NCBI RefSeq assembly: GCF_006345805.1
Contig: NC_043005.1
Span: forward strand, 88,040,001-88,104,000
Reading direction: 5' to 3'
Length of the DNA stretch: 64,000 nt
From: Octopus sinensis
Taxonomy: Eukaryota
A model generated the notes under the pieces. That model did no database searches. It was not told the origin of the DNA and worked only from the letters and a program-made list of their open reading frames with translations. The position numbers were made by a program, and so were the translations under genes. Position 1 is the first letter of the stretch. Every line of letters begins with the position of its first letter. Below, in pieces: positions 23,380 to 37,624 of this stretch.

Positions 23380-24183
23380 GGAAAAATTGTAAAAAGGCAG
23401 AATGCTAAATTGAAAGAAAATTTAATGAAAATGGGTGTATGGAAAAAGTTTTTGAAAAATTGATAAAAAATATATATATATATATATATTAATTCATTAA
23501 TCCAAACCGGTTTTCGTCATAATGTGACTTTTCAAGAATTGTAAAGAAAAAAATTTTTTAAATGTGAGGAGGGGGAAAAAAGAAAATTACATTGTTTTTT
23601 GCAAAAACATGATAATAAATATATACAAAGATTAAAAAATAGGTACTCCGATACATTGTATAGTCTTTGTGTATCTTGAGTTTAATGATTGTTCACGAAA
23701 AAATTACCTTGAAGTTTTGAGATCCAATGGGATCTCAATACTTCCTGTTTTGCCATCCACTTAAGAGACACCCTTAATTAAAATTAAACAACACATGGAT
23801 TTAATCCCATTGGATCTCAATACTTCAAGGTAATTTTTTCGTGAACAATCATTAAACTCAAGATACACAAAGACTTTACAATGTATCGGAGTTCCTATTT
23901 TTTAATTTTTGTATATATGTATTACTATTTTTTTGCAAAAAACAATGTAATTTTCTTTTTTCCCCCTCCTCACATTTAAAAAAAATTTTTTCTTTACAAT
24001 TCTTGAAAAGTCACATTATGACGAAAACCGGTTTGAATATTATATATATATATATAATATATATATATATATTATATATATATATATATATATATTATCA
24101 ATTTTTTCACTAACTTTTTCCTTACACCCATTTTCATTAAAATTTTCTTTCAATTTAGCATTCTGCCTTTTTACAATTTTTCC
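23380..24183. mobile_element. ~800-bp palindrome of a PLE-type 3' end with two U3-A8 HHR motifs
   Basis: Arms about 23380-23731 and 23806-24183, ~75-bp spacer; HHRs at 23499-23540 (-) and 23999-24038 (+). Confidence 0.85.
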
Positions 24184-24261
24184 GCGCTTATTCATATATA
24201 TTATATATATATATATATAAATATATTATATATATAGATATTATATGCATATGTGTCCATA

Positions 24262-24645
24262 TAATCGTGGCACTCCGTCAGTTACGACGAAGAGAATTCA
24301 AGTAGTGATCTGATCAACGGAACAGCCTGCTCGTAAATTTAATGTGCAAGTGGCTGAGCACTCCACAACACGTGTACCCTTAACGTAGTTCTCGGGGAGA
24401 TTCAGCGTGACACAGTGTGTGACAAGGCTGGACCTTTGAAATACAGGTACAACGGAAACAGGAAGAAAGGGTGAGAGAAGATTGTGGTGAAAGAGTACAG
24501 CAGGGTTCGCCACCATCCCCTGCCGGAGCCTCGTGGAGCTTAGGTGTTTTCGCTCAATAAACACTCACAACGCCCAGTCTGGGAATCGAAACCGCGATCC
24601 TCTGATTGCGAGTCGCTTCCCTAACCAATGGGCTATTGCACCTCT
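24262..24645 (-). mobile_element. SINE family C with tail type 2
   Basis: Family head and core followed by a ~200-bp tail ending GTAACTGACGGAGTGCCAC. Confidence 0.85.
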
Positions 24646-24706
24646 ACTGGGATGTATGTATATATATATATTATATATAGATATATATATATATATATAT
24701 ATATAT

Positions 24707-24753
<47 letters not shown>

Positions 24754-24921
24754 TATATTATAATATATATATATTATATATATATATATATATATCTTAT
24801 ATTACATATATATATATATATGATATATATATATATATATCTATATATTATATTATATATATACATATATATATACATGTGTAGTAGGAGCATGCAGAAC
24901 AGTATATATGATTATATATGA

Positions 24922-24954
<33 letters not shown>

Positions 24955-24962
24955 CTATAATC

Positions 24963-25001
<39 letters not shown>

Positions 25002-25013
25002 ATATATAATATA

Positions 25014-25063
<50 letters not shown>

Positions 25064-26419
25064 GTGTAGTAGGATCATGCAGAACAGTGGGTGTCAAAAC
25101 GATATATCTATTCACTCTTAAGCATTTCGGTATAATATTTTAATATATTGTAAATAATCAGAAACGGGTTTGTGCTCGACCCGCAGCATCACAACGTTTA
25201 GTTTCATCATTTGACATTTTAGCATGCAGAGTTCAAGTTGTCACCATGCTGAATTTTTCTTTCAATCCTCAAAGGACAACAAAATAACTAATAATTGAAT
25301 CAGTTCTCTGCAGTCCTTACAGAAAGTTTAACAATGCTTCTTATCATCAAAAGAATTCAATTTCTTAAAGAAATGGGTGCTTTTTAATCGTATTCGAAAA
25401 TTTATTTTGTTTTCGCTTTTTCTTTTTGCTGTTATTTTTGTTTAGTTTTTTGTTACTATTTTTTCCATGTGCTTTATTAAATTTAAATTTATATTTATTG
25501 AAAGAATTTTTTTCAAATGTAAACGTTTGACAATGTTCATGAGTTAATGGTTTTAAAATAAATTCTTTGACAATTTTCATAGAATTTTAATATGGATGTC
25601 ATCTTTTACTTAAATCTTACCTTTATTTTCGTTATTTCTTTTCTTTATTTTTACTTTAAAATATAATTCATCTTTATTTTTTCTAAAATTCTTTCCTCAT
25701 TATTTTTTCTCTTTTTTTTCCTTTCATTTCTTTCTTCTCACTGATCTTTTTTTTAAGGATAATTTTATATCAAGATCCCTGGCAATCATTTTTATCAATG
25801 AATAAATCATTTTAAAAATTAATAATTAATAATTAAACATTCTGGATTCAAATCGCATTTGAGTTTCAATGTTCCTTTTATTCCTCCTGGGACAACGAAA
25901 AAAATAAATAACAATTAACATTATAATGCTTCCATCCATTCTCTTCAGTCCTTAGAAAAAAAATTGTCTCTTTTCAAACGAAATCAATGTCTTTAAAAAC
26001 TTCACATAATTTATTTCTTATTTTGATTCTATTTCCCTAGTTTTCTTAGCTTTTGAATTTTCATTAAATTTTTATATTTATCGAGTTTTTGTAACGCTTA
26101 TTTCGTTTCATTCTTTTCCTCTTTGTTCATGTCCGTTAATGTCTTTAAAACAGTTTCTTATTCATTTTCATATTATTATAATGCTATGCTTGTGAGTTTC
26201 TACTTTGTTTTTCTTTCAGTTGAATTGTCGTCTTTATTTCCTTCATAAATACTTCCTTTGATATTTTTCTCGAATATTCCTCAGTTTCTTTTCTCATTAA
26301 TATTTCCAGTTTCTTAATTGCTTTATTCGTTTTTCCTTAATTTCTTTCTTACCTCTTTCTTCAAGTTCTTCTTTCATACTATTCTGCATTATAAATATTT
26401 TCTATGATAATTAAGTTGG

Positions 26420-26560
26420 TTTCAAATTTTGGCACAAGGCCAGGAATTTGTAGGCGGAGTAAATGGAACACATCGACCTCGGCGGGACTTAAACTCAAAA
26501 CGTTAAGGCAAACAAAATGCCGCTAAGCATTCAATCCGGCGCGGTATCGTTCCTGCAGCT
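26420..26560 (-). mobile_element. internally deleted SINE family A
   Basis: Head and tail motifs, core missing. Confidence 0.7.
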
Positions 26561-26792
26561 CGCCTCCTTATTTTCTATAATTAATTATTTTGGTTTCGAT
26601 ATATTTTTTCTTTCTTTAAAAAATAGTATTAATGTTTCCCAATTTGATTTTCCACTTTATGGTAAAATTGGTAACAGCAACAACTTTTTTCTGATTTAGG
26701 CACAGGACTAACCATTGTGAGTAGAGGATAGACTGGTACCATCAACTTCCAGTACATAACTGGTATTTTTTCATCTTAGAGGGGTTGATATT

Positions 26793-26845
<53 letters not shown>

Positions 26846-27449
26846 TGTAATAAAGATAGTTTATCAAATTGCACCACACATACATGATGCGACTTAAACT
26901 GCATGTCATATAACCAGTATTTAGAACTTCATGACCATTCTTGCATATGGAAAGAGAACCCGTGCATCGTAGACCACGTTTCTTTTCATCGTTTCCCATT
27001 GTTAAATAAATTAGAGAATCCATTTAAAAACTGGATGATAGATTAATAGATAATTAAATCACATCATCTAATACATATTTCAATATTATATGTAGTATTG
27101 AACAGTTAAAGTATATATTCATAAAATTTCGCTGAAATTGTCGAATGAGAGTTTAGCCCAGTTGGATGCGCAAGGAGCCATTTTTGAGCTGATTTGTGGG
27201 TTCGATTCTGGCCTAGGTTAGCTCATCATTTTTCAGTCAATTGTTTATATATAAAATGTCGCTTTAAATCGGAGAATAGATATTATTATATAGCTATTAT
27301 TGTACTAAGAAACTTCTATAGTCGCTCTATCTCTGTAACTTACAAAGCCTTCTTGTCTGTTTATAAATGTTATATATATATATATATATATATTACAATA
27401 AAAACGGAGATTAGTACATTTGCATCATGTTTTTTTTATTTCTACAGAC

Positions 27450-27915
27450 AATTACATAATATTTGATTTAAAGTTTTCCGACACATGTTTCTGCTGCATA
27501 GACATCAAACAGCTGCATTTGAATTCAGGATTTACCCATCAGGTATATTACAGTGGGATTGCTTACCTCAAGTATTTCCATGGTGCTCATCACAAATCGA
27601 TGCGGTTAGCCTTCACCTCAATTATAACAGTGCTTCAATGGTGGCCGCCTGGATATTGTATCCCTAGATCTCCTCTTCTTCCTTGCTCTCCCGTCTGACC
27701 ACCCCTGTCCGGACTTCGCTATGATTGATCGCTAGCCACTAAACCTTTTTTTATTTTCTCTCTCTGCTTAGTTTCTATGTTCCTTTCTGATGACAGCGTA
27801 TGCTCGAAACTTAAAAGACTTTCTCACTTCTCGAGCGTTAAACTAGCACATATGTTTGTTGTTTACACACCCGTCTTCGTCTTTTGCTTTTTGTTCTTTT
27901 TTTAAATTCCAACTA
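27450..27915 (+). mobile_element. PLE-type end of the GAGCGTAGGCTC family; HHR motif 27783-27817
   Basis: CTTT-CTGATGA-CAGC-GTAT-GCTC-GAAAC-TTA-AAAG; ends in TA/(TACA)n. Confidence 0.65.
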
Positions 27916-29289
27916 TATACGTACATACGTACATGCATACATACATGCAAGCATACATACATACATGCAAGCATACATACATACATACATACATACATAC
28001 ATACATACATACATACATACATACATACATACACTACACACACATACATACACACACGGGTGAAATAAGCACGAGAGATGTTTTACCCCATGCAGAAAGT
28101 GCAGAAGCCACTCACAGGTTTGTTTCACGAGTTCTTCTAACCATTACAAGGTTGGAAACCCTTCCCTGATGTCAGCAGATAAGTCAGTCACAAGCGTTTC
28201 GCCCTTTAGCTTGTGCACGTCACCTGAGTGAGGCAGCGATGACTAAGCTAGTCTACGAAAAGGTTCCACTAGCTACCTCGTATCAACTGTAGCCATTTCG
28301 AGCTGGTTTCAGCTGCAATTCCAATCTCCTTGATGACTGCGTGTGTGTGTGTGGTCGTGTATGTGTGTTTCTGGCGGGAAATAACATCACTAGGTGAGAC
28401 AAGCTGATACTGAATTAGCTTCGCTGACTGACAGGTGACGGTCGTTTAGAGAATGCGTGGGGTAAGACTACGCGCCGTCATTGGTCGTTTAAAGTTGAGA
28501 CAGTGTCACGTGACAACTTGCTGGGGCTGTCCGCTGGAGCCTAGCGGCAGGTATTTAAAGGGAAAAATTTGACAAGTCAGTCAGTCGCCGGCTGACACTC
28601 GTTCACTCTACACCGAAGAGGCCAGGGAACAGAGGAAAGAAGAAAGTAGACATGCACCCAACACCAGAGCTGAAGACACCTCCGAAAGGGGGGGGGCACG
28701 TCAAAACGCTAGAGGAGTAGGGGCCGAAACCGGACGTGCTTCCTCCTGATGATGTCTTGAGCTAACTGGATCCTATAAAGGAGCTGTTGTGGTAGCAGAG
28801 CACGAAACACGGTTGTAATTCTTTCCTATGCCTATGTTTATTTGTAATGCATACTCTTAAAATCGGATTACTTAAACATTTGGTAATATGTTTAACTTAC
28901 TAATTATCATAGAAAAATAATAATGAATAAAGAATTTAAGAATTAAGATATTAGGAAATTAAATTAAGAAACAGACAATACACTGGTAATAGTTTTATTT
29001 TTATCATTTACAAAGAGGTTTTTAAAATAAGAATATGAGTGGGGTGAATGGCAAGGTTGGACGGAAGAGGTAAATGATTGTAAAGTAAGGGAAGGAAAAT
29101 AAAACAATAAAACTAATAATAAAGAGATTTAAATATTAATAGAAAAGAAAATGTAATTATGGAAAAGTAAATTCAAATTAATAAAAATCATAATGAAACA
29201 AAAAATGCAAAAACATAATAATTAAAACAATGGTAGTAATGAGAATTGTAAGAATATTGGGGAAAATGACGATAATAATAATGATTTCA

Positions 29290-29470
29290 AATTTTTGGCA
29301 CAAGGCCAGCAATTTCGCGGTGGGGTAAGTTGAGTGAATTGACCCCAGGATTTATTTTATCAATCCCGAAAGGATGAAAGGCAAAGTCGACCTCAGCCTC
29401 AGAACGTAAAGATAGACGGAATGCCGCTAAGCATTTTGCCCGACGTGCTAACGATGCTGTCAGCACGCCA
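29290..29470 (-). mobile_element. SINE family A
   Basis: Family motifs. Confidence 0.75.
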
Positions 29471-29569
29471 CATAAATAATAATAATAATAACAACAACAA
29501 CAGCAACAACAACAACAGCAACAACAACAACAACAGAATAATAATAATAATAATAACTAAGCAAAAATT

Positions 29570-30010
29570 ATCAAAAACTTCAAGACTAAAGCAATGCCCG
29601 TTGTTATAGGTACCCTAGGAATGATAGCAAAAGGTGCTGATTGCTACCTGTCCCTGATACCAGGAAATCCAGAAGTGGAAGACATTCAAAAATTAGTGCT
29701 CATGGCAACTGCCCATATGCTACATAAAATATTGTCTTTGTAATCCAAATAATATTTTAATCTGTAAACAGTGTCAAAATACTTTTAAATATACACAACA
29801 GCAAATAGTTTTTACTGTCATCTTGACATCAGACTCGTCTTTTAATCAAATTACTTTTAAAAGAAACTTCTAATTTACTTGTTTTGCCAGACATTCTCTC
29901 AAAGAATACTCTGAGCAAAACCAATAATATGGCACCCTAGTCATAGGACCAACTTGAACTTCAAATTTGTTGTCTCTTGAGGTCTCTGGATGAGACTTGG
30001 AGTCAACTTG
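29570..30010 (+). mobile_element. R4/Dong-type LINE extreme C-terminus and 3' UTR
   Basis: KTKAMPVVIGTLGMIAKGADCYLSLIPGNPEVEDIQKLVLMATAHMLHKILSL*. Confidence 0.75.
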
Positions 30011-30126
30011 TACCAATAGGACAATCATACAAGGAGAAGAAGACAATAGAAGAAGAGAAGAAGAAGAAGAAGAAGAAGAAGAAGAAGAAGAAGAAGAAGA
30101 AGAAGAAGAAGAAGAAGAAGAAGAAG

Positions 30127-30870
30127 AGTGATTTAAAATAGGGAAAGGAGGCTCTAATCTGTGCTGCCCAACAAACTACATAAAATACAGAATAGACAAC
30201 ACACCAGAAAGTGAAAAGTGCAGAATCTGTGGACAAAACGGTGAAACCGTATGGCATATTACCAGTCAATGTACGCCACAAGCCTACAAGGAATATAAGA
30301 CACGCCACGACAATATAGCCAGGCTTTTTTATTGGACACTTTGCAACAAGTATGGACTTGACAGAGCAAATCATTGGTACGACCACAAACCTGCAGGTAT
30401 TACGAGAATAGAAACGCAAAGATCCTATGGGATTTTATGATTCTGTGCGACCATGAGATAGAGAATAGGAAGACAGACACAGTCTTAATTGTGAAAGGAA
30501 ACAAACTATGCTGGACCATAGATATAGCATTCCCAGCTGACAACAAGGTATACGATAAGGAAGAAAGAAAAGTCGAGAGATATGTCAGGTTAGCTTGGGA
30601 GGCTAAGCAGTTGTGGTCGATGAAAAAGGTAACAGTAGTAGCAATAATTGTCAGAGTCCTCAGAACAGTGAGCAAAAATCTCGAGAAGTACAGGGAACAA
30701 ATAGGGACTTCAATAAGGGTGGAGTACTTACAGAAAACAGAACAGCTTGGAACCGCTCGAATACTCCAGAAGGTGCTCGAAAAATAAGAGGTGTTACCTT
30801 AGTTCACTGATAGCGACCAGCTGACACAGTAGTACATCTCCAGCGTTAGAATCTGTGCAAAGACAATGAT
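30127..30870 (+). mobile_element. R4/Dong-type LINE 3' fragment (same subfamily as 20470-21165)
   Basis: ENRNAKILWDFM..WTIDIAFPADNKVYDKEERKVERY..LQKTEQLGTARILQKVLEK; tail into (GAT/AAT)n. Confidence 0.9.
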
Positions 30871-30897
30871 GATAATGATGATGATGATGATGATGAC

Positions 30898-30971
<74 letters not shown>

Positions 30972-30972
<1 letters not shown>

Positions 30973-31235
30973 AAATGCCCTGATGCAGTACCAGACAGCG
31001 GCTCTTATGGCTTCTGATCTTAACTGATTGGAAGTGTTATCATGTATATTGTTTTGTCTTTGTATAAAAGATGGGCTGCAGCAAATATTCTGCTCAATAC
31101 CACAGAGGTCATGCGTTGTGATGCATGTGCCTGATGTACCCTTATCAGACGTGTAGTCATGATGGGTATACTGAGTTTTTTATATTTTACCCCAGTGTGA
31201 CTTTGATGGCATGCACAGCTCTCTCACTGAATAAG
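30972..31235 (+). mobile_element. internally deleted copy of the 19970-20428 repeat family
   Basis: Shares GCAAATATTCTGCTCAATACCACAG and GTACCCTTATCAGAC..CTCTCACT. Confidence 0.75.
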
Positions 31236-31439
31236 AATAATAACTGGCTTCTGAACTAGACCCAAAGCCATCAGTTTTTCAAGCCAAGGACTTATCCACA
31301 AACATATACAACAGCATTTATACCGCTAAACTGCTTTTTCAACTCGTCTGGCAGAATTTCGATTCAGGACATAATGGTCAAGACATTCCGTCCAGCGTAT
31401 CAGAGATGTTTGAAACAGATTTTGTGAGATGATTTTTGT

Positions 31440-31825
31440 AGAACGCTTTCTTTCCCAAACACATGGTCTCAGGTTCAGTCTCCCACGGCGTGGCACCTTG
31501 AGCAAGTGTCCTCTACTAATGCTTCGGGCCGACCAAAGCCTTGTGAGTGGATTTGGTAGACGGAACCTATGTAAAAGCCTGTCGTGTGTCTATATGTGTG
31601 TATGTATGCGTGCATGGTGGGATATCTTTGTGTCTGTGTCAACAACCACTGCTTGACAACCGGTGTCAGCGTGTTTACGTCTCCGTAACTTAGCGGTTTG
31701 GCAAAAGAGATCGATAGAATAAGTACCAGGCTTTAAACAAAAGGAGTCTATTTATTTCACTTAAACTTCTTCAACGCTGTACCCCAGTATGACCGCATTT
31801 TAATGACCGAAACAAATAAGAGAAA
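31440..31825 (+). mobile_element. SINE family B
   Basis: Family motifs. Confidence 0.8.
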
Positions 31826-32279
31826 AAATACAGGACAAATTTGAAAACGATTCGTTTTATTCATAATTAATGCACAGAAATCCAACGAATTAGAACATCT
31901 GTAATGTGAAGTCTGACAAGATTTAACAATCTTCATGTCGGCGTTGCGATTGTGTAGCACAATATAATCCTTAATCTGGATATGAAATTTCTCTGCTACA
32001 CATAGCTGGCATCTATTGTATCCACTGGTATTTGAAGTGTCATTCTCTATTGCAATGACTGCTTCAACATTCATTATCAATATAATATCAACATTAATTA
32101 AGCTGATCAATTAAATGCTGAGACTTTTATAGATACAAAGATTACGCGACTACGTTTTAAATTGCATTGAATTTGCACTACTTTTTATCATCCATGCTAT
32201 TAAGATCTTTCGTTTTCGACTTCATGATATTTCATAGACTTAAAAGCACGTATATGTAGAAGAAACTAAATATATACAA

Positions 32280-32310
<31 letters not shown>

Positions 32311-32405
32311 TGTATATATATATATATATATATATACATATATACATACATGTATATATAACTATATATATGCATTGCATATATATATATATGTATGTAT
32401 GTATG

Positions 32406-32461
<56 letters not shown>

Positions 32462-32508
32462 GCATATGTATGTATTTCTGTATATATGTATGTATATATA
32501 TATATATA

Positions 32509-32552
<44 letters not shown>

Positions 32553-32973
32553 TTGTATGTGCACATATATATATGTAAATACTACGTGCATATGTTTGTG
32601 TGTGTGTGTGTGTGTGTGTGATGGGTTGAGGTGGTTGATCCTGCTGTTCGGTTATACAATAAGGGATTCGTCTCCTCGAAGTAGATTTGTATGAGCAAAT
32701 GTAATTTGCGGAATAATTGATTGCTTAATTACTTAAACTAATTAATTAACTCTTCAATTTACTTAGTTATTTTTGCATTTCTTAATTAGTTGATTAACAA
32801 ACAATACCCAGAACGCATTAAACGAATGCTTAAAATGTGATGTTCAAAATATCCAAACAAAAATTCTTGTTTTGATTAATTATTTCATAGTTATCATTTG
32901 ATATTTTTTCATTCATAGATTTACGTTATTTACCATAATATGGGAGTTTATAGATAATAGATAGATAATAGAT

Positions 32974-33073
32974 NNNNNNNNNNNNNNNNNNNNNNNNNNN
33001 NNNNNNNNNNNNNNNNNNNNNNNNNNNNNNNNNNNNNNNNNNNNNNNNNNNNNNNNNNNNNNNNNNNNNNNNN
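32974..33073. other. assembly gap (100 N)
   Basis: Direct reading; contiguity across it is not assured. Confidence 1.
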
Positions 33074-33162
33074 TTCGTTTAGCGTATAAGGAATTGTAAC
33101 GCATCAGTGCATACATGCACACACATACGCACACACTGAAATCCGTATATTTAAATGTTTGG

Positions 33163-33227
<65 letters not shown>

Positions 33228-33722
33228 CGTGTGTTGATGTGTGTTTTGCAAGCTTCAAATCGTTGCAATGTTGGAAACCCTTCCATATCATCAGCCGGTA
33301 TCTCAGGAGCACAAGTATTTCGCCCCTTTGCCTGTACGATTCGTGTAACCCAGGCTGCGAGGACTGGATCAGCCTTCTCCTGTTGAAGGTATCCGTTTGC
33401 GGTTAAGCATAGCAGATGAAACCAACTGTCATGCTAATTTCTTTGATGACTTTCTTCAGCTGTTTGGGTTCCAGACCAATATTCTGAAGGAAATAGCGCA
33501 CCGATCAAGCTGAAAAACGATGCCGCCGAATTCAATGATATTGAGTTATTCCTCGTCTGAATATTAAATTGTTTTAATAATAACTCGACATAAAAACAAA
33601 CATTAATATAGTGTTGTTATATATGTGTACATGTACATACATATACGTGTGTGTTGTGTGTATATGTGTGTGTGCGTGTACATGTATATACATATACGTG
33701 TGAGTGTTTTATAGATAGATAT

Positions 33723-33777
<55 letters not shown>

Positions 33778-33812
33778 CCTATACATGTGCATTCACATAA
33801 CTACACATATTT

Positions 33813-33844
<32 letters not shown>

Positions 33845-34912
33845 TGAAGCACATAGTAAATACAAGAAGAATGGCCAGTAGGAGTAAAAGTTTTGTGCGT
33901 AGATGTGTATATTCGAGTTAAAATATATACACCTACAAATAATCATTTCCACTCATAGACATACGCGCGAACACACACACTCACACACATGCACACACAC
34001 ATACACACACACACACACACACCACACACACACAGACGCCCTCATTAGTCGAAAACTATCGATTTTGATAAAGTGGATGGGTAGGGGTTAAGATCAGGAA
34101 AGTTTTAGACAAATTAGGAAAGAGAAAAAATTTATATTTTTACATTTATATTTTAACTTGCCTCAAAATTTTTTTCGTTTCGTTCGAGATAAATGTAAGC
34201 ACTCAATTAGGATACATACTTATATATCTATCTTTCTAGTTAGTTTGATAACTGCCTTTATTTCTCTCAAACACTTTATTTGTCTGTTCATCTCTTTATT
34301 TGTCTGTCCATCCATCTGTCTATTTCTAGCCACATCCTTATCTGCCTGTCCATCTGTCTATCTTTCTTACTCTCTCTCTCTCCCTTTCTCTCCATAGAAA
34401 CACAAGCACACAAACATATTCTATTTATGTGTGTATATATAGATATGTTTGTGTGTCTGTATGGTTGTGTGTATGTATGTACACACACGAATATACGCAT
34501 ACATGCAATAGAAATATTCATTCATACATATACATATAATATACTTATACAAATACATACATACATGTGCATAGAAATAGATGTACATATATATATACAT
34601 TTCATACATACATATATACTATATATATAGATATATTATATATATTATAATATAGAGATATACATTTATATAGTATACATATTACATATATATATATATA
34701 CATATATAACCAGATCGAATCATCTCCAGTGTAACTGTCCGAAATGGTCATGATTCGGACTTGACTGAGGAAAGAAAGCCACGAATGACCCGTCGGTTGC
34801 CGGCCCTTCTTATGGTTGCTTCTCTCGTCCGCCTTTGTATCGTCTATCTATCCGAGTGTTTTAATGGCCTCTACTGTGTTTTTGTTCCATTTATATATAT
34901 ATATATATATAA

Positions 34913-34944
<32 letters not shown>

Positions 34945-36289
34945 ATAGAATGGTTGTATACTGTCAATCTAACAAGAACGTGACAGTAGGGGGTACACCA
35001 CCGCTGTATAGCCCTAGGAAGCATCGAACACCTCCTGATAGCTTTGACACATTTTTTTCCCTGTGTCCTTATATACATATACGAAGGGGAGACAAACGCC
35101 CCCGGCTGCCGGAACTGCATCTAGGGACACTGTGTTTCAGGATCATTGTCCTTCATCGGCCTAGAGTAGCAGACACCGGTCGGCTGGTGATATTATATCT
35201 TTATTATGGGCACGATGGCCCGAATGAAGACGGGACATTACAAGACGGGACGTGGGGTACATAAATTAAGAATAAAATATGAAATAAAGATGATTATATG
35301 TAATGAGATGGAACGGCTTACGAAACCCCCAACTCGCAGTTCCATTTAAAATACAATTTACATTTTTACTTTTACAATTTACAATTTTACCTTTTAACAT
35401 TACATATATCCAGTTCAAAATACAATTTTACATTTTACAATTACAATGTTACAATTTTAAAATCTCAGTTCTATTGGACGTTGGTCCGTAATGTACTTGT
35501 CAACTCCATTTGCTCCACACATTTGGCAAATTCTCATAACATACGTAATACGTTGAATAAACCTGCTCAAACATACTTTTCAATTTACAAATGTTCCTTT
35601 ATCTACAAGTAATACCGCTTCATATCGTCATCATGCAGTTCTGGGTGTAATTTAACCCTAATTAATCCCTTCCTACCTGCAAGTCTTTTCTCCACTTCTG
35701 TGTCTTTCACATATAACATGAATACTTCTCCGCGCTGCTTTCCTCTTCTTCGGACGGTGTGACTCTCACGCAGTCACCCTCCCTCTTCAAACTGTCGAAA
35801 TACTTCTCTAGAGTTTTCTGTTCGACCACCACTTCTTCCATTTCCAGTTCACTGGCAACTAAGCCTCTGCCTGCTGCTCTCGCATAAGTCTGCTCTTGCA
35901 TTTTCAAAAATCTCCAAAAAAAAAAACTTTTCCACGTCCTCCAACGAACTCGAACTCACAACCTCTTCACAATGACGCACTCGAAACAAACACACCAGAA
36001 TAACCAAAACAAAAAGGAGGCTGGCGATATTATATCTTTATTATGGGCACGATGGCCCTAATTCAGACGGGACATTACAAGACAGGACGTGGGGTACATA
36101 AAGTAAAAATAAAATATGAAATAAAGATGAATATATATAATGAGATGGAACGGCTTACGAACCCCAACTCGCAGTTCCGTTAAAATACAATTGTACATTT
36201 CACAATTACATAATTCCAGTTCAAAATACAATTTTACATTTTACAATTTTACAATTAACAATTTTACTTTTTAACATTACATATATTCT

Positions 36290-37624
36290 AATTCTTTTAT
36301 ATTGGACGTTCGTCCGTCATATATTCTATTAAGTCCATTTGGTCTATTACATTTGGTAAATTGTCATACCGTACATAATGCGTTATATAATAGCATTAAA
36401 TATCTTTTTTAATTTTGTGAATGTTTCTTTTTCTATAACTGCGCCTTTTACATCGTCACCATACAGTTTGGGGTTCAATTCACCCTGACCAACCCTTTCC
36501 TACCTGCAAGTCTCTTTTCCACTTCTGTATTCTTGATATACATCACAACTACTTTCAGGTATTTTCCTGCAGGCCTTCTTCCCTTTTTACACGCTTCCAA
36601 CTGCTCTTTCACTTTGTCTCCCATTCTTGGTCAAACTCTGACCTTGGCTGCTCTCTCGCCTTCTCTTTTACTCCTGTTCTTTGCGTGTTCTCTCTTCTTT
36701 TTCTTCTGTTATCTTGCTTTTGATTTTTTTCTTTTTTTGCACTTCCGGTGGTGATTCCACCTTTTCTCTTCCTATCTTCTGTTCTTTTCTCCTCTGCACA
36801 TTGCTCGTTCTTCTTCCGTATCCTCATTTAGCTGCTCTTTTGTTTCCTCCTGCACTTCTCCCTCCCTACACACGCATCTTTACACTCCTCTATTACAGCC
36901 TCCGGTGCTTCGTCTTCTCCAGCGGGCACACATCCTTCATGTGGCCCCTCACTTTACAATTATAGCAGACTGGGGGTCTTCCTCTACCACGACTCTAAGC
37001 CGTGTCTCATCAGGGTAGACCAACTCTCCGGGATGTTGTAAGGTCTCGCACGGTTATGTGTGCCAGAACCTGCACCGTATATCCCCACACTTAACCTCTG
37101 TGACTTCTCCACCTTCAAACACCTCAACACTATCCTTGCAGTTGAAAACCACTGCCGCCAACAACCTCTCCATATTAAATTCGAGCGAAATTCTGCTAAT
37201 TCTCATACTCACTGCCCTCCTTCCGCAGTAACTTGGTAGTAAAGTCCACTTATCTGTTTTCAAAATTCTTGTTGCATTTTTTTTGCTTCATTTTCTGTTT
37301 TATAATATACCACCACTGTGGCATATTTCCTTCCTCTTTTGAAAAATGTGGTTCACCCTCAATTTCCTTCAGACACTTTTCTACTTCTTCCGTTCTGCTA
37401 CTTCAACTTTTTTCGACGCCAACACCATGTCCTGTACGTTATCATACGCTTCTCCGCGTTGCTTTCTTCCTCCTCGGACGGTGTGACTCTCACGCAGTCA
37501 CCCTCCCTCTTCAAACTGTCGAAATACTTCTCTAGAGTTTCTGCTCGACTACCACTTCTTCCATCTCCTGTTCACTGGCAACTAGGCCTCTGCCTGCTGC
37601 TCTCGCATAAGTCTGCTCTTGCAT
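36290..37624 (-). pseudogene. L1/Tx1 ORF1-like protein, unit 2 (several frameshifts)
   Basis: ATG at 37624; pieces match units 3 and 4. Confidence 0.8.

Noticed and set aside
25350-26400. T-rich stretch with K/E/N-rich minus-strand reading frames
   Set aside because: Many stops and no motif; may be an old TE ORF but cannot be assigned.
27149-27217. tRNA-like A and B boxes
   Set aside because: No cloverleaf could be built; at most a decayed SINE head.
28660-28810. Cluster of hammerhead half-motifs (CTGAAGA, CTGATGA, GAAAC); possible type II fold using GAGGAG/CTTCCTC
   Set aside because: A complete fold needs at least two assumed mutations (AAAAC for GAAAC and a missing G in stem III), and stem II overlaps the core.
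34712-34772. Imperfect hairpin GTCCGAA/TTCGGAC next to CTGAGGA
   Set aside because: No valid NUH or stem I arrangement; too bulged to call a pre-miRNA without read data.
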